A stretch of DNA of 64,000 bases, taken from NCBI RefSeq assembly GCF_006345805.1, contig NC_043017.1:4464001-4528000 (forward strand), read 5' to 3'. Numbering within the stretch: position 1 is the stretch's first letter; the number at the start of each line of letters is the position of its first letter. Positions 1 through 11,360 of the stretch are shown here, in pieces. The notes under the pieces are model-generated. The model worked only from the letters and a program-made list of their open reading frames with translations, did not search any database and was not told the DNA's origin. This DNA comes from Octopus sinensis (Eukaryota). The position numbers and the translations under genes are program-made.

Positions 1-422
1 GCCCAGGGCTATTGATGTCACCTGTCCAAGGTGACATGCATGGGGACTGAACCCTGCTTTATCTTCCTGACTGCAACTATCATCATCATCAGTTATTTCA
101 TTAATATAGGCCATGGTTAATGGCAAATGTTGTTTTTGTATATACTAATTGGATCATCAGAAGCAGTAAAGGACAAAGAGTTGTGGGAGAAGTGTGAAGA
201 TAGGTTAGCAGAGCTAAGTCCTTGTAGGCCCTGGGCCAGTGGATGTAAGGAGGCACCAAAAGGTGAGATATTGTTTTGCCGAGGGCGAGGAATTAGTAGT
301 GGTGATTCTTTGTTTCTGTATCGTGGTTAATATATTATTATTGATTACTCAGGTTATGATTAACCAGTTGTACCTCTGTCAGGGGTTTATAATCTGAATT
401 AAATGTTTTTCTGTTCATTTAG

Positions 423-516
423 GAACTTGTCGAGTGGTATCAAGAAAATTCCTTGGTTCACAGTTTTCCTGAGTTGAAGACACAATTAAAGATCCCCTTC
501 AAAGAAAGCACAACAG
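423..516 (+). CDS. vav: Vav-family GEF, internal exon (C-terminal part of SH2 domain)
   Basis: AG at 421-422, GT at 517-518. Reads ELVEWYQENSLVHSFPELKTQLKIPFKESTT, matching the Vav SH2 end (ELVE.YQ.NSL...F..L.T.L..P.KE). Phase-1 donor fits the next exon. Confidence 0.85.
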
Positions 517-802
517 GTTGGTAGTGACGAGGCTTGTTACATGAAGTGGTGGTGTTTATCTTATTGTCAGCCCTGATTGAACAGATCTATATGGTCAAAG
601 GCATTCCAAACTTGACCATCCCATCTTTTTGTATATTTCTGATTAAATTTTTCCACTGTGTTTTTCCTCACTAGAGAAAATAGGAGAGTAGTAGAGTGTG
701 ATGTGAGGAAGATCTGGCTGTTATATCTAATCACTCACATGACCATGTAGAGCAGTCATGGGTAAAGCTGCAGGATTTTCTGAATGGCATCCCTAACGAA
801 AA

Positions 803-1012
803 ATTGGTTTCATATTTTAGCACAAGGCCAGCAATTTTGGGGAGGGGTTAAGTCAGTTACATCGACCCCAGTACTTGTACTTATTTTATCTACCCCCAAA
901 AGTATAAAAGACAAAGTCGACCTTGGTGCATTTTGAATTCAAAACATAAGAATGGACGAAATGCCACTAACCATTTTGCTTGGCATGCTAAAGGTTCTGC
1001 CAGCTCAGCACC
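803..1012 (-). mobile_element. SINE family B, diverged copy
   Basis: Reverse complement of the gtcgactttg(c/t)ctttcatcc...ggggtcgat core repeated at many sites in the window. Confidence 0.7.
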
Positions 1013-1644
1013 TTACACCTAACAAAAAATTACTTGAGTATCTTTAGTATTGCAGCCTGTCTCATGATGAGGCAGCTCTCTCTCATGCAGCCTGCTTCTC
1101 AAAAGGTTTGCCCATGCCTTGATTTAGAGATAGCCTTGTTGGTTCAAAGTTATTAGGAGTCATTATGTGTGATGGTCTGATGCATCTGTAGTGCACCACC
1201 CTATTGCTACACATAAAGTTGTGTAGAAGAATGCAGTGGGCACATAGTGTACACAGTGCACTGCAACACTGCATGTTGACTCATGCAGATCCCTCATTAC
1301 TGCATGGAACTTTTGTAATTTACAGGGCTATATGCAGTACAATTTGGTGCTCTATAAACATGTGGATATAATGTCATGTAAATACTACTGTGCTACATGT
1401 TGCAATATTTCTTGTCATATCTTGCATTGTGACTACAAAGAAAAATGTGGTGAGTTTCTGTACTGCAAAGTAACTAATATGCATACAAGACCAAAGGGGT
1501 ACGGGCGCCGCATATGCATACATGCATATGTAATATGCATACATTGTCTGTGTACTTGTAGCTCTGTGCTGATCTACATTCGTCAATATTATCATGTATA
1601 ATGTCTAGATGGTGTTTACATAATGTGGTCAACATTGTGTCATG

Positions 1645-1645
<1 letters not shown>

Positions 1646-1695
<50 letters not shown>
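1646..1695. repeat. (TA)n microsatellite
   Basis: About 25 pure TA units. Confidence 0.98.
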
Positions 1696-1697
<2 letters not shown>

Positions 1698-2075
1698 AAG
1701 TAGTAAATAAATGGCACAACTAAGTGCCGATATTTACTGGAAATAGCGAACGTAAAAATACGACGCTAATGTATAGCTTCACCGCGTATGTATTAGCAAA
1801 AATGCGTGTGTGCAACAAACTAGAGAAAATCGTCTTACCTCCAGGGAGAACATCGGAAAGATGAAATACCTGGAAAAGGATAATGTGGGACCTGCAGGTT
1901 TCAGATTTTAAAGATATGTCTACCACCCATATCTTGTTCTATCTTCATCAGCCAAGCATATACCATGACAAAATCTACGATGTTACCACATTAATGCTAT
2001 TACCCTCGACTGAAACGCCGAACGCCAACAGTACGAAAAACGGTGAAGAACCTTCAATAAATTAGTAATGCATAT
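1696..2075 (-). mobile_element. Penelope-like element end (pLTR-type fragment) carrying a hammerhead, ending in (TA)n
   Basis: CpG-richer island containing a hammerhead motif on the minus strand; its 3' tail abuts the (TA)n tract. Class assignment rests on the known PLE-hammerhead association, not on coding sequence. Confidence 0.6.
1886..1954 (-). ncRNA. Minimal type-I hammerhead ribozyme
   Basis: Minus strand: UGG-CUGAUGA-AGAU..AAGAUAUG(loop)CAUAUCUU..AUCU-GAAA-CCUGCAGG-UC-CCA. Full core, stem II 4+8 bp, palindromic stem III (ACCUGCAGGU), GUC cleavage triplet, 3-bp stem I. Confidence 0.8.
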
Positions 2076-2837
2076 ATGATGTTGTAAGAGACCATATATT
2101 ATTACAAGTATATAACTACCACTTGATATAATATGCATGCTATCATTTTCATAATATTTTTCTCAACATGATGTTGGTGTTTACCTGTATTTGTATTTTT
2201 GTTCACTTAATGTCACCTATGTAACTTCCACCTGTTAAAACCACTTTCTTTTCACTGTAGTCCATGCAGTACTGCCTATATACATAGTGTTCTCTGTATT
2301 GTGTTGTCTATGCCATATTCTCTATGTAATGTTCTCTGCACAACTTCCCTGCATGATACCCTCTGCACAATCGTCTCTGTTTTAATGTCCCCTACATAAT
2401 GTCTTCACACTCTTCTCCACATAAAGTTTCCCCTATATCTTATATGCTATTTTCTTTTGTAGAATATTCTCTGTATAATGTTCTCACCACAATATCCTGT
2501 ATATCATGTTCTCTCCCTATCACCCTTCATTAGTCTTCTCTGCAATACACTCTACATAATCTCCTCTATATAGTATCCTCTACATAATGCTCTATACATG
2601 TTGTGTGCAATGTTCCACAATTATTGCCCTTTACAGAATCCCCTCTATATAATATGGTCTGCGTAATGTATTGTACTTGATGCTTCTATATGGTGCCCCC
2701 TGCTTGATGTACATATATTGTCTGTGTATTTGTAGCTCTATGCTTATCTATATTTATCTTCATGATAATGACTGGATGGTGTTTACATAATGTAGTTGAC
2801 ATTGTGTCATTATATAAGGTCTCTGTATTATCCCCTT

Positions 2838-3100
2838 CATGATGTCCCCTCCATACTGTCCCCTGCATGATGTCCTCTCCATACTGTCCCCTGCATGATG
2901 TCCTCTCCATATTGTCCCCTGCATGATGTCCCCTCCATACTGTCCCCTGCATGATGTCCTCTCCATACTGTCCCCTGCATGATGTCCTCTCCATACTGTC
3001 CCCTGCATGATGTCCTCTCCGTACTGTCCCCTGCATGATGTCCTCTCCATACTGTCCCCTGCATATTGTCCTCTCCATATTGTCCCCTGCATGATGTCTT
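2838..3100. repeat. 28-bp minisatellite, about 9.4 copies
   Basis: Unit catgatgtcctctccatactgtcccctg starts at 2838, 2866, 2894 ... 3090; explains the repetitive minus-strand ORFs. Confidence 0.95.
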
Positions 3101-3211
3101 CTACGTAGTATTCCTGCTAACATGTAGTCTCAATGTTCTGGTCTACACAGTGTTGAGTGTCATCTCTAATTGATTGTTGCCCTTATTCTGCCCCCTTTTC
3201 TCTCTTTCCAG

Positions 3212-3381
3212 CAGGGTTTTCATGGAATCTGAATATAGTGAGTTATGCTGTTGCCATTTATGATTATTCAGCAACGGCCACCAACCAGCTTTCATTGCGG
3301 GTGGGTGACCGGGTGGCAATATTGAGCAAAGCTGGAGGTGACAAGGGCTGGTGGAAAGGAAAGATTCTACATTATGGAAAG
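3212..3381 (+). CDS. vav: Vav-family GEF, exon encoding most of the C-terminal SH3 domain
   Basis: Pyrimidine tract then CAG/CAG acceptor, GT at 3382. Reads AGFSWNLNIVSYAVAIYDYSATATNQLSLRVGDRVAILSKAGGDKGWWKGKILHYGK with the SH3 AIYDY and GWWKG motifs. Confidence 0.9.
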
Positions 3382-4117
3382 GTATGCTCCGGCTTCATTT
3401 AGAAACAAAACCTTCAACTCATTAACTCTACTAAAACAACAAAATAACCCTTCTTTCTCTAGATTTTATTTTCCTGGTGTTCTATATGATTACCCTAGGG
3501 GTCATCCAACAATAACCACAGCATTGCTTCATTTGATTGAGCCTTTTAATTTTTTTCTTTACTCAAGAAGTATTTCATAACCAACATTGAATGGTCAAAA
3601 ATCAATCTTAAGTGTTTTACTTGATTACTCAGGTAATTAGTAGAAAGAGGCATCTGGTTATTAAGGACAGTTACTTCCTAGAACCCCACCCTCCTCAACC
3701 TACTTACCAACCTTCTATGCAGTCAGGTTGAAATTACTATGGAAGTAAATTTACCTACCTCCCTGTCCATCCATCCACCTATCTATCTACCCACCCACCC
3801 ATCTCCCTACGTATGTACCTACCTACCTATCTGCCTACCCACACACCCATATAAATGTTGCTTAGAGCAAGGCCAGTCCTGGTTCTACAGATTTCTGACC
3901 TGTGGATAGCTAGTTGAATAACTTGTTGCAAATCATTGTTTCTGTGGTGAATTTTTGATAATTCTTTGGGTATTCCACTTAAGATTTTCTGCCCATAACC
4001 CTTTCGCATTCAAACTGGCCATATTCAGCCTAGAAATGCTCTCTAAATATTATGTTCAAATTGGTTAGATTCAGCCTCTTACATCTGGTTGACATTATTA
4101 TTTCTAAAAATAAACAT

Positions 4118-4510
4118 AGGCGCAGGAGTGGCTGTGTGGTAAGTAGCTTGCTAACCAACCACATGGTTCCGGGTTCAGTCCCACTGCGTGGCATCTTGGG
4201 CAAGTGTCTTCTGCTATAGCCCCAGGCCGACCAATGCCTTGTGAGTGGATTTGGTAGACGGAAACTGAAAGAAGCCTGTCGTATATATATATATATATAT
4301 GCGTGTGTGTTTGTGTGTCTGTGTTTGTCTCCCTAGCATTGCTTGACAACCGATGCTGGTGTGTTTACGTCCCCGTCACTTAGCATTTCGGCAAAAGAGA
4401 CCGATAGAATAAGTACTGGGCTTACAAAGAATAAGTCCCGGGGTCGATTTGCTCGACTAAAGGCGGTGCTCCAGCATGGCCGCAGTCAAATGACTGAAAC
4501 AAGTAAAAGA
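4118..4510 (+). mobile_element. tRNA-derived SINE family A, full length
   Basis: A-box-like tggctgtgtggt, B-box-like ggttcagtccc, internal (TA)/(TG) tract, 3' end atgactgaaacaagtaaaaga; near-identical copies at 24.9, 43.9 and 59.6 kb. Confidence 0.85.
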
Positions 4511-5142
4511 AAAAGAAAAGAAAATCACATTGTAGAAATCAAAGCTATGAGATTAGTGTATGGTGTCTTTAAAAGAACCAAAATAAATAAGCATTACATT
4601 TGACCAATTAATCTGAGTGCTAAAGGGTTAATAGACAAGGGTGGGGTTGAAGGAAATCTCTTTGCTGTTTCTCACAAATCATGTAACCATGTTGGAACAC
4701 TCATTGGCTTGTCCACACATATACATACATACATAGAGCATTGTGTGTGTATGGTGGGAGTGAGTGTATAACATATAGTATCTTTGGTTTTGGGTTTTTT
4801 TTTAAAGTTCAGCCCAACCCTGGTGTAGCAGAGCAAAGACGTTCCAGCCATGAACATCCCAACTGTTCTCCACACATAATATATATCTAGGATACATTAT
4901 TATCTAATATGTCCTTCATTTCTGTTTTCAAAGACCCGTGTGATTTAAGAAAGATCTGGTGCTGATTCTAGGTGGTTAAGCAACCACCTTAATGCCTCCC
5001 TCATTAGCTTGTCCACTAATTAATAATATCAATTTTGACCTGGGCTACTTGATTAAATCACCCCTAGTATTTTACTGGTACTTTATTCTATCAATCCCAT
5101 AAAGATGAACAACAACGTTTTCCTTTGCTATCTTTGTGATCA

Positions 5143-5493
5143 TTGCCAGAGCAGCCAACTGGTTTCCGTACCCGTGGCACGTAAAAAGGGCACCATTCGA
5201 GCGTGAACGTTACCAACGTCGCTTCACTGGCACCTGTGTCGGTGGAACGTGTAAAAGATTCAAGCGAGGTCATTGCCAGTACCACCTGACTGGCCCCCGT
5301 GCAGGTGGCATGTAAAAAGCACCCAATACACTCTCAGAGTGGTTGGCGTTAGGAAGGGCATCCAGCTGTAGAAACTCTGCCAGATCAAGACCGGAGCCTG
5401 GTGCAGCCATCTGGTTCGCCAGCCCTCAGTCAAAACCGTCCAACCCATGCTAGCATGGAAAACAGACGCTAAACGATGATGATGATGATGATG
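5143..5493 (+). mobile_element. Retroposon family C with (GAT)n tail
   Basis: ggcacgtaaaaagcacc...gagtggttggcgttaggaagggcatccagctgtagaaac...catgctagcatgga...(gat)n; about ten copies in the window. Confidence 0.85.
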
Positions 5494-5509
5494 AAGTAGA
5501 GAACCAGAA

Positions 5510-5848
5510 CATCATCATCATTTAGTGTCCGCTTTCCATGCTGGCATGGGTTGGACGGTGCAACTGGGGTCTGGGAAGCCAGAAGGCTGCACCAGGCCCA
5601 GTCTGATCTGGCAATGTTTCTACAGCTGGATGCCCTTTCTAACGCCAACCACTCCATGAGTGTAGTGGGTGCTTTTTACGTGCCACCTGCACAGGTGCCA
5701 GACAAGTCTGGCAAACGGCCACGGTCGGATGGTGCTTTTTACGTGCCACCGGCACGGAGGCCAGGCGAGCCTGGCAAACGGCCACGGTCGGATGGTGCTT
5801 TTTACGTGCCACCAGCACGGAGGCCAGGCAAGCCTGGCAAACGGCACT
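5510..5848 (-). mobile_element. Retroposon family C, inverted tail-to-tail with the previous copy
   Basis: (cat)n at 5510 then the reverse complement of the family body; internal ~50-bp subrepeat occurs three times. Confidence 0.85.
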
Positions 5849-6052
5849 AAATACTGAAAATTATTTTGTAAAATACTCGACCTTTTCTACCAATTCTCTG
5901 CACTAAATAAACAACCATTTCCTGGTGTTTGTTATTCTTACAGTTTCGTTTTTTGCACTTTGTCTCTTTCTCGGAACCCATTTTTGACTCTTTTTTTTTT
6001 TTTTCTGAATGTCGCATTTAACCTTTCTTTCCTCTGCTTCGTCTGTCTGCAG

Positions 6053-6097
6053 GTCGGCTACTTTCCGCTAACATACGTTCGAGAAGAAGAAGACTAA
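6053..6097 (+). CDS. vav: Vav-family GEF, last coding exon
   Basis: Long pyrimidine tract, AG at 6051-6052. Reads VGYFPLTYVREEED-TAA, completing the SH3 (G.FP..YV) in phase 0 with the previous exon. Confidence 0.9.
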   Translation, partial: VGYFPLTYVREEED

Positions 6098-6169
6098 AAG
6101 CGGGAAACCAGAATGCTCCGTCACGAACCCCATCTGGTCTTTGTATTCCGAGGAACAACAAAAACACCA

Positions 6170-6315
6170 TTACCGCAACAACAACAACAACAACATCAAC
6201 AACAAAAAAAAATACTGCTACTCCAACAACAATATCGACAACAATCACTACCACCACCACCACCACCAGCACCACCACCGCCGCCACCACCACTACCACC
6301 ACCACCACCACCGCC
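6170..6315. repeat. (CAA)n/(CAC)n trinucleotide tract in probable vav 3' UTR
   Basis: Runs of caacaa and caccac downstream of the stop codon. Confidence 0.85.
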
Positions 6316-7092
6316 ACCTTAGTCTGAAGTGTTGACTCTGTGGAAGTATGCCTGCTGTTAGCATGTACGTCAATGGAAGTGTGCAACATATGGTTATATA
6401 TGTGCATGCATGCGTGATCATGTCTCTTGTTTGCTGTTTCATTCACTTTATTGACCTGGCATATACTATGCATTGTTTTTTTTTTTTGTTTTTTTTTTCT
6501 CTCCACCCCCCCACCCCCCGTCTCATCAGGCGAGTTCAGTTCTGGCTCCGAACTGAGCTGCAAACGCCACCTATACTCTGCTCTCATGGTTACCTCCCGG
6601 CCCCTACCTAAAACAAGCTCGTTGGTTTTGGGGGGGGGGAGAGGAGGAAGGAAAAAAAAGGAAGGAGGTGAAGGAAGAAGAAAAGGGAAGAAAAAAAGAA
6701 GAAAAGGAAAAAAAACGAAGATGAAAGCCCCTAACTTCACATTTTCCAGGGATCACCCACTTACTGGGTTCTGTCAGTTTTTAAAAAAAAAAATGTGAGA
6801 ACTATATATATGTATATGTGTGTGCGTGCGTGTGTATATATATATAAATACATGTATGTGTGTGTGTGAATGTGTGTGTGCATATATATATATAATGTCC
6901 CATTTGTTCACTCAATCCAGCATCCCCCCCCCACTAAAAAAAATAACCTTTAATACAGAGAAGAAGAAGAAGAAACAAAATCTTTAAATATGGTTTTAAT
7001 ATTGTTGCCATAACATCCGTACATTGTGTGGAACTATTTGACTTAACATGCAACCTACATTTCACCAATTTCATTATTTCTGTCTACCTACC

Positions 7093-7136
<44 letters not shown>

Positions 7137-7193
7137 CATATATAAATGAACACTCGCATATGCACATACATAAATATATATATATATGTGTAC

Positions 7194-7282
<89 letters not shown>

Positions 7283-7315
7283 TATATATATATATATGTA
7301 TATATATTATATATA

Positions 7316-7362
<47 letters not shown>

Positions 7363-7605
7363 GTACATATATGTATATATGTATATATATATATATATGT
7401 ACATATATATATATATAATACATATATATATACATATACATATACATATATATATACATATATATATATACATATATATATATACATATACATATATATA
7501 CATATATATGCATATATACATATACATATATACATATATATGCATATATACATATATATATACATACATATATATATATATATTATACATATACATACAT
7601 ATATA

Positions 7606-7637
<32 letters not shown>

Positions 7638-7669
7638 CATATATAATATATATATATATATATATATAA
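7093..7669. repeat. Long interrupted (TA)n/(TACA)n tract
   Basis: About 580 bp almost entirely TA with interspersed CA/TG; source of several spurious YI-repeat ORFs. Confidence 0.97.
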
Positions 7670-7849
7670 TTGTGTGTGTGTGTCTGTGTATCTTGCTCTC
7701 TGTCTGTCTACTTCTTTCTATCCGTGTATCTCTCTCTATTTCTCTGTTTCTTTCTGTGATGTCTTTTACTGTCTGCCTGTCTCCCTTTTCTTGAGATTAT
7801 CTTGGTTATCTTTGAACAGACTTCTCACATTGAGTGTTGCATCTCTTAC

Positions 7850-7891
<42 letters not shown>

Positions 7892-9334
7892 CACACATAC
7901 ACGCACACACACACTGCTACTACTTCCCTCAGATTGACCGTGAAGTTGTTTGCAGCCAAACACTACATGAGGACAGAAGCTACCCTCACATGTTGACAAA
8001 ACTGCTTTCACATGTGGGCAACAATGCTGCCTTTCACATGTTGACAAAACTGCTTTCACATGTAGGTAAATAAAAAGAAACTGCCCCCATGTGTTGATAA
8101 AACTGCTTTGACATATAGGTAAAAAGGCTGCCTTCACAATGTGGACAAAATCAAATTGATTCTAAAGAAACAATGAACACTAAAAAAAAACAAGATTGTT
8201 TTTTTTGGAACTTGGATATTATTAGTGTAAAATGATTTCTGCTGACTACAGGAAAATAACTGCCATGTATGTATATGTTTGTAAGTGTGTGTGTGTGTGT
8301 ACACACATATATATATATATATAAACATATATACAAAAATATGTACATATATAAACATATATACATATATGTAAACAAATATAAACTCACACACACACAT
8401 ATATGTATATATATAACATTCATTTACACACACGCCCACATACTGATACACATATGTTCATTATATACATACACTCATACACATATATCCATATATATAT
8501 GTATGTATGTATATATATTTGCATATGTGTAGTGTGTATGTATATATATACACACACGTGTATGTGTGTGTATATATATACACACACGTGTGCATGTGTG
8601 TATGTTTTCTTTTGATTTCTGTTGTTTTTTTTTGTTTATTTTTAAATTTAAATATTTTGTTTATTGTACCACCTCCATTTTAGTTCTTTTTATTATTTCT
8701 GTCATTTTATGATTATTATTATTATTTTTTATTATCAGCTTATCAAGTTTGATTTACTCCATTTTACATTACACCACATAGGCACACAGGTTTTATAGCT
8801 GCACCTATATATGCAAGGTGCAAGGTCTTTACGTGGTTAGTTCACACAATGACAGTATAGATATTCAGGGCTGTTACATGCGAGACACATTGGCTTACAC
8901 ATCATAGCAGCCCTCATCTGCCCTTCCTCTCCTCTTCCTAATAAGTTATCTTAAATCTCAAAGACTCCACACTGATCTCTTATTCTCTCATTGCCTTGTA
9001 GAAGTTAATCCCAGCAATCCTGGACTTTCTCCAGATGAGTACAATAAAAGAGACGTGAATGAGTTGGTGGTGTTGTATTGTGTGGAAGAATTGCCACATC
9101 TTCTGTTCAATCTGTCATTAATCCTCTCTTCTAGTATGGGATTAAACCTGTAGCTCTTCTACTGTGGGAAACCTGTTTTGTTCAGGCCCATTTTCTTTCA
9201 TACTTTATCCCTCTCTATTCTTCATCTCGTATCATAAAGTTTCCCCTTGGTCAGGGTTTGTAGTCTTGCTAGCAGCATGATGACCTAACTCGGGCTGCTG
9301 TCATGAGAAAAAGTATCCAGTACATGCTGTAAAG

Positions 9335-9480
9335 TGGCTGGCATTAGGAAGGGCATCCAGCTGTATAAACCATGCCAAAGTGGACTCTGGAGCATGATGC
9401 AGTTCTTGGATTCACCAGACCCTGTTGTGCTATTGAATCCATGCCAGCATGAAGCATCGATGCTAAATATTGATAGTGAT
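9335..9480 (+). mobile_element. Retroposon family C, diverged 3' part
   Basis: tggctggcattaggaagggcatccagctgtataaac...catgccagcatga with decayed gat tail. Confidence 0.65.
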
Positions 9481-10694
9481 GAAGAAGGGGAGGAGAATGT
9501 GAATTACAAAAGAAAAAAAGGAAAACATGTGTTAGTCCCTAAATCAGTCCATGGCTGCTGATTCTGTTCCCCCCTAAATCTGCAGTCAACCATGTCCTGC
9601 TGTATCACACCTGGTCACTCAGTGAACACTACCACCCCCTTTGTCCCACCGCAGCCACCCTTTAAACAGCTTCTCTGTCCCCATCTCTGTCGTTTCACTA
9701 TCCTCCCCCCCAAACTACCTGGTGGTATTGCCCCCTCCAACTCCTTCCCTACCCCCACCATGCCATTTACCAAACTAATTAAAAAAATTTTATTTTATTA
9801 TCAAGAATTGGTTCAAACAGTATTTCTTGGTTGGTAGAATGGCAGGAGAAGAAAGCAATCGAAAAGAAATCTTTTAAAATTTTTATTTGCTTCTTTATAT
9901 TTTCTGGGTTTTATTATTTTTTTTTGGCTGGGGGTGGGGAGGGGGATTTTTAATTTTCTTTGTTTTTTGCTCATATTTTTACCTTTCTGTCTTGTTACAA
10001 ATATTATTTTGTTGGTGCAACAGCTGGTAAAACCAATTCAACGGAGCCAAAAATGCCAAAATTTGTTATTTAGTTAGTTCTGCCCTTTCTTTGAATTGTT
10101 GATTCAAAAATCTTTGCTTCCAGTTGCTGACAAAATAAAGTAACAGTCAGGTACTTGGAAAGCAGGTGTAAGTGCTTCTCCCACACCTTTGATCATTGGT
10201 CTACTCAGTCAGGTCTCCGAGTGAAAGAGCATCATCATCTCAACATTTTGAGATAATGAGTGAGCATCTACCTGGTCACTTGACCTGCTAAAAATAGCAG
10301 CCAAACAATGCTTGACCCAAATTGCACTGCCTCCAATGGAAGAAAGAATGGACACAGTGGATAATGCTTGACCTGCAAAAATATAATAACCAAACCATTC
10401 TTAACTCAAATCTTATTGTCTCCAAAGGAAGCAGGACACATTGGATAATGCAGTCTTGGATTTGCAATCCAGTCCAGGAAAACAGGATTGGATGGTTATG
10501 GTCGGAACGTCCAGTTGGTCGCAAGTCTGCTGGCTGAGTCAATCAGTACTGACCTTGAGCCCTACACAATAATTGTCTCTACATTTAATACTGGTACAAA
10601 GTAAATGTGTTTCTACCAATCTCTATTGACAGCCAGAGAAGTGCTATAGGGGCTGGAATTATAGGGCTGACTACACTCTCTCTCCTAAAATTGT

Positions 10695-10941
10695 TGGCAT
10701 TGGCACGTAAAAAGCACCATTTGATCGTGGCCATCTGCCAGCCTCGTCCGGCACCTGTGCCGGTGGCACGAGCACCCACTACACTCTCGGAGTGGTTGGC
10801 GTTAGGAAGAGCATCCAGCTGTAGAAACACTACCAGATCAGACTGGGCCTGGTGCAGCCTTCTGGCTTCCCAGATCCCCGGTCGAAATGTCCAACCCATG
10901 CTAGCATGGAGAACGGACGTTAAACGATGATGATGATGATG
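10695..10941 (+). mobile_element. Retroposon family C
   Basis: Family body ending in ttaaacgatgatgatgatgatg. Confidence 0.85.
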
Positions 10942-10957
10942 TTCCTATCTCAGATAC

Positions 10958-11360
10958 CAGAATCGTTGCATGCCAGGCAAAATACTTAGTGGCATTTTGT
11001 CTGTCTGTAGGTTCTGAGTTCAAATTCCACTGAGGTTGACTTTGCCTTTCATCCTTTCAGGATCGATAAAATATGTACCAGTTGGTTACTGGGGTCGATG
11101 TAATTGACATAGCCCTTGCTCTGAAATTGCTTGTCCTTGTGCCAAAATTTGAAACCGTTATTATTATTTGCTTGATGAAGCACTGCTAAGCTTTTCATCT
11201 GTCTTTATGTTCTGAATTCAAATTCTGCCAAGGTCGATTTTGCTTTCATCATTTCAGGCTCAATAAATTAAGTATCAGGGAAACACCAGGATTGATGTAA
11301 TGGACTAGTCCCCTTCCCCCAAAGTTGAGGCCTTGTGCCTTTAGTAGAAAGGATTATTAT
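10958..11360 (+). mobile_element. Two tandem diverged SINE family B copies
   Basis: ttctga(g/a)ttcaaattc...gactttgc(c)tttcatc...gatgtaat core occurs at about 11010 and again at about 11215. Confidence 0.7.

Noticed and set aside
2686-3123. Repetitive minus-strand ORFs
   Set aside because: Read-through of the 28-bp minisatellite inside a vav intron.
4118-4200. tRNA-like sequences at SINE heads (also near 52617)
   Set aside because: A and B boxes are present but there is no complete cloverleaf, and they continue into repeated SINE bodies.
6018-6740. 240-aa minus-strand ORF and overlapping Pro/His/Val-rich ORFs
   Set aside because: Produced by (CAA)/(CAC) and purine tracts in the vav 3' UTR; no domain content.
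7028-7794. Several 120-210-aa YI-repeat ORFs
   Set aside because: Translation of a stop-free (TA)n tract.
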